Assembly: GCA_943704425.1 (NCBI GenBank)
Contig: CALSCP010002427.1
Location: 1-64,000, forward strand
Source of the DNA: Ministeria vibrans ATCC 50519
Taxonomy: Eukaryota; Protista; Filasterea
DNA: 64,000 nt
Reading direction: 5' to 3'
The translations under genes and the position numbers were made by a program. Below the pieces are notes generated by a model. The model ran no database searches, was not told the DNA's origin, and worked only from the letters and a program-made list of their open reading frames with translations. Below, piece after piece: positions 60,701-63,700 of this stretch. Position 1 is the first letter of the stretch. Every line of letters starts with the position of its first letter.

Positions 60701-63700
60701 ATTGCCCACACGCGACCCTTGATTCACTTGAATCTGTGCTGCCTGACCAACTGTCAGCGCCGTCAGACCCGACACTCGACCTGCCCACAGTTCCCACGTG
60801 GCGCCTGTGCCACCAACAGCAAGCGTGCTGGGCGACACCAGTGTGCCCTCGTCGTAGACGCGCAGGCTTGTTGGAAACAAGGTTGACGCACCGTCACTCA
60901 CCGAGGTGACGGTAAGCGTCTGCGAGGAACCCACATGAACCACGCCGGTAACATCACCTGAAAGCAACGCTGTGGCAATGCTCATGGTGTCAGGTACTTC
61001 ACTGGCCGTGTCGCTCCCAAGCACCGAATTGTTCGCCATGAAAGCCAACTGTGCACCCTGTGCCACGTAGAGCACATCAAAGGTGTGCGTCGCGCCGTCT
61101 TCAGACTCGAGAATCCATGCGGCCGTCGGCTGCTCCGCCTGGTGCAGGTAGCGCTGCGCCACGGGATTCTCGCCACCAAGGAAGACCTGTATTTCACCAA
61201 GGGCCGGACGGGTGCCGCCCGAACGTGTCACCACAATGGTGACGGTTGATGTTGTCTCGTCGACGTACACATCCGTAAACATGCCTGGGGAACAGCCACT
61301 GGGATCCACATCGCCGTCCGTCTTGGCTGTGCTGCCAACCGATACGGAGAAAAGAGATTCGGTCGAGGCGGAGCAGGCTGGGTAGATGCGCACCTTGCGC
61401 ACGTAGGCGGACGACGCGAGTGTTACAGTCAGAGTCGTTGTGGCCGATGTCCACAAGGCCCATGAGTCGCTCGTGCTGCCCTGACTTCCATCAAACAGAT
61501 TCAGCCAATTACTCGCACCGTTGCGAATGTTCGACGACGACGAAACTGTGGCAATCGAACCGGGTGCCGTGTATAGCTGGTTGGTGGTGGTGCCGCCACT
61601 CAGGTCGAGCAGGCCACCGTCATTCTCCATGCGTGTGCCCATACGCGAACTTGTCGCACCACCGTTGTCCACACGCAGTACCTTGCTTGACGCATCCTCG
61701 CTGTACACCGTACCAGCACCGCCACTCTGAGCTGTACCAAAAGAGGAACCACCCATAGAGCGAATGACGCCTTGGAAGGCGCTACACAACGCTGTCGTAC
61801 AATACACCGCAACACGACCACCTCCACCACCACCTCCCGCCGTCGACGTGGTCGGATCGCCGTTGCCACCATTCGCCGATATCACGCCGAAACCCACCAG
61901 CGACCCTGTGTGCACTTGAACCGAACCGCCGCTTCCTCCGCCACCGGCCGACGACGTGTCGGATGCATTGCCGTCCGCCGAGACAGTGCCCTCCACAAGA
62001 AACACCATCGTCACATTGATGCGAAGGGCACCACCACCAGGTGCGCCTTGCGCCCCACCACCGCCGCTGCCAATCGAAACAGGGAGATATGTGCTGCCGT
62101 ACGCAAATCGACGAGAAGTCTGCCACTGTCCCGGACCCCCAAGACCGCCGTGACTGCCGCCCGAACCGCCGTCCGCGTGCGCAAAGCCAGCACCATCACC
62201 GGCGCCCGCCGTGTCGCCACCACCGTTTGCCGACACCGTAGCCAAGCGTGCCAACGAAAACTCCACTGCATCAATGTCGAGTCGATCAGACAAAATGCGG
62301 CCGTCACCGCGCACGTCAATGTAGTCACTGATGAGGTGTGCCGGTGCGTCTTCGTTGGGGGGCACAGCAACACTGAGCAGACTGCCTGCGCCACCCACCA
62401 CGAGACTGAACGTGTCTACTTGTGCCGTTTCGTTCACCACCAACGTCTTGTCGGCACGCACCATCGCTGAATCCTGGTCGAGACGAAGCGACGCGCCACG
62501 CCACAACGTCACATTCCAAGCACCATCAATGACAGTACTGCCTCCCGCCGCATCCACGACGCAGTTGCTCAGTGTCGTCTCGTTGGCAAACGTCAACGTA
62601 GCACCATCGTACAAACGCGTATTGGTGTTGATCGTCAGCGAGCCGCTGAGCCCACTGGCGCCCAGACGCTGGCTGTCTCCAACGTGCAGGCGTCCGCTAC
62701 CATCCGAATAAAACTTGGTGAATGCCAACATCGAATTTTCACCCTCCATTGCGAGATGCGCCGAGCCGTTCACGTGAAGCTCGTCGACAAACAACGTCTC
62801 ACCGCCAACAAGCCAGGTTCGACCGCTGTCCACGTCGAGCGACATCCAGTCGGCAACATCGTCGGACGACACGGCATTTGCAGCGCCATTGTTGTCCACA
62901 AGCAGACGCGTGTGACTCGCAGCCGACACGAGCGTCTCGCTAGTGTACACCGTACCCGCACCCCCACTGCTGCTTGAGCCAGACGATCCCGTGTGTCCCG
63001 CACCTCCAAATGCACGCAGCGAACCCGTAAAAGGCTCGACACGTGCATTTTGAGTCGCATAGTACACAGCCACACGACCACCGGCTCCACCACCGCCGGG
63101 ACGTGCGCTGTTCGCATCACCATCGCCGCCGTCACACGACACACGTCCCACACCGTGCAATCGGTTTGTCTCCAAGTACACGCTTCCACCACTTCCGCCA
63201 CCGGCACGCGGCGATTCGCCCACACCGCCATTGGCGGAAATGACACCGTCAAGAAGCACTGTGGAATTCACTTCGACCCACAAACGACCACCACCTCGTC
63301 CGCCTTGCGAGCCGCTGTTTCCATCGCCGCCGGGACTGCCCAACGACACGGGGTGCGTCACGCTGCCATATGCAGCGCCCACAGTAGCCTGCGCCGCACC
63401 ACTGCCACCGCGTCCACCATGTCCCGCACCACTGGCGCCCGTCGTCGACGCCACCCCTGCACCGGCACTCGAATCCCCGCTTGCAAAGCCAAGGGCGTCT
63501 GCATTCAGACTGCCGCCGGTGTGCACATGCAATTGGTCACACAGAAGGCGCAAAGCCCCCGAACGAATCGTGCCGCCCGATTGCACCTCGATCGTGCCCG
63601 TGGTCACCAGCGTCGCCACGTCGTCCAGCACCACGTCCACCTGGAAATCAATCAAGCCCTGATTCTCAACAATCACGTCGGCCCAGCGCACAACAGGAAG

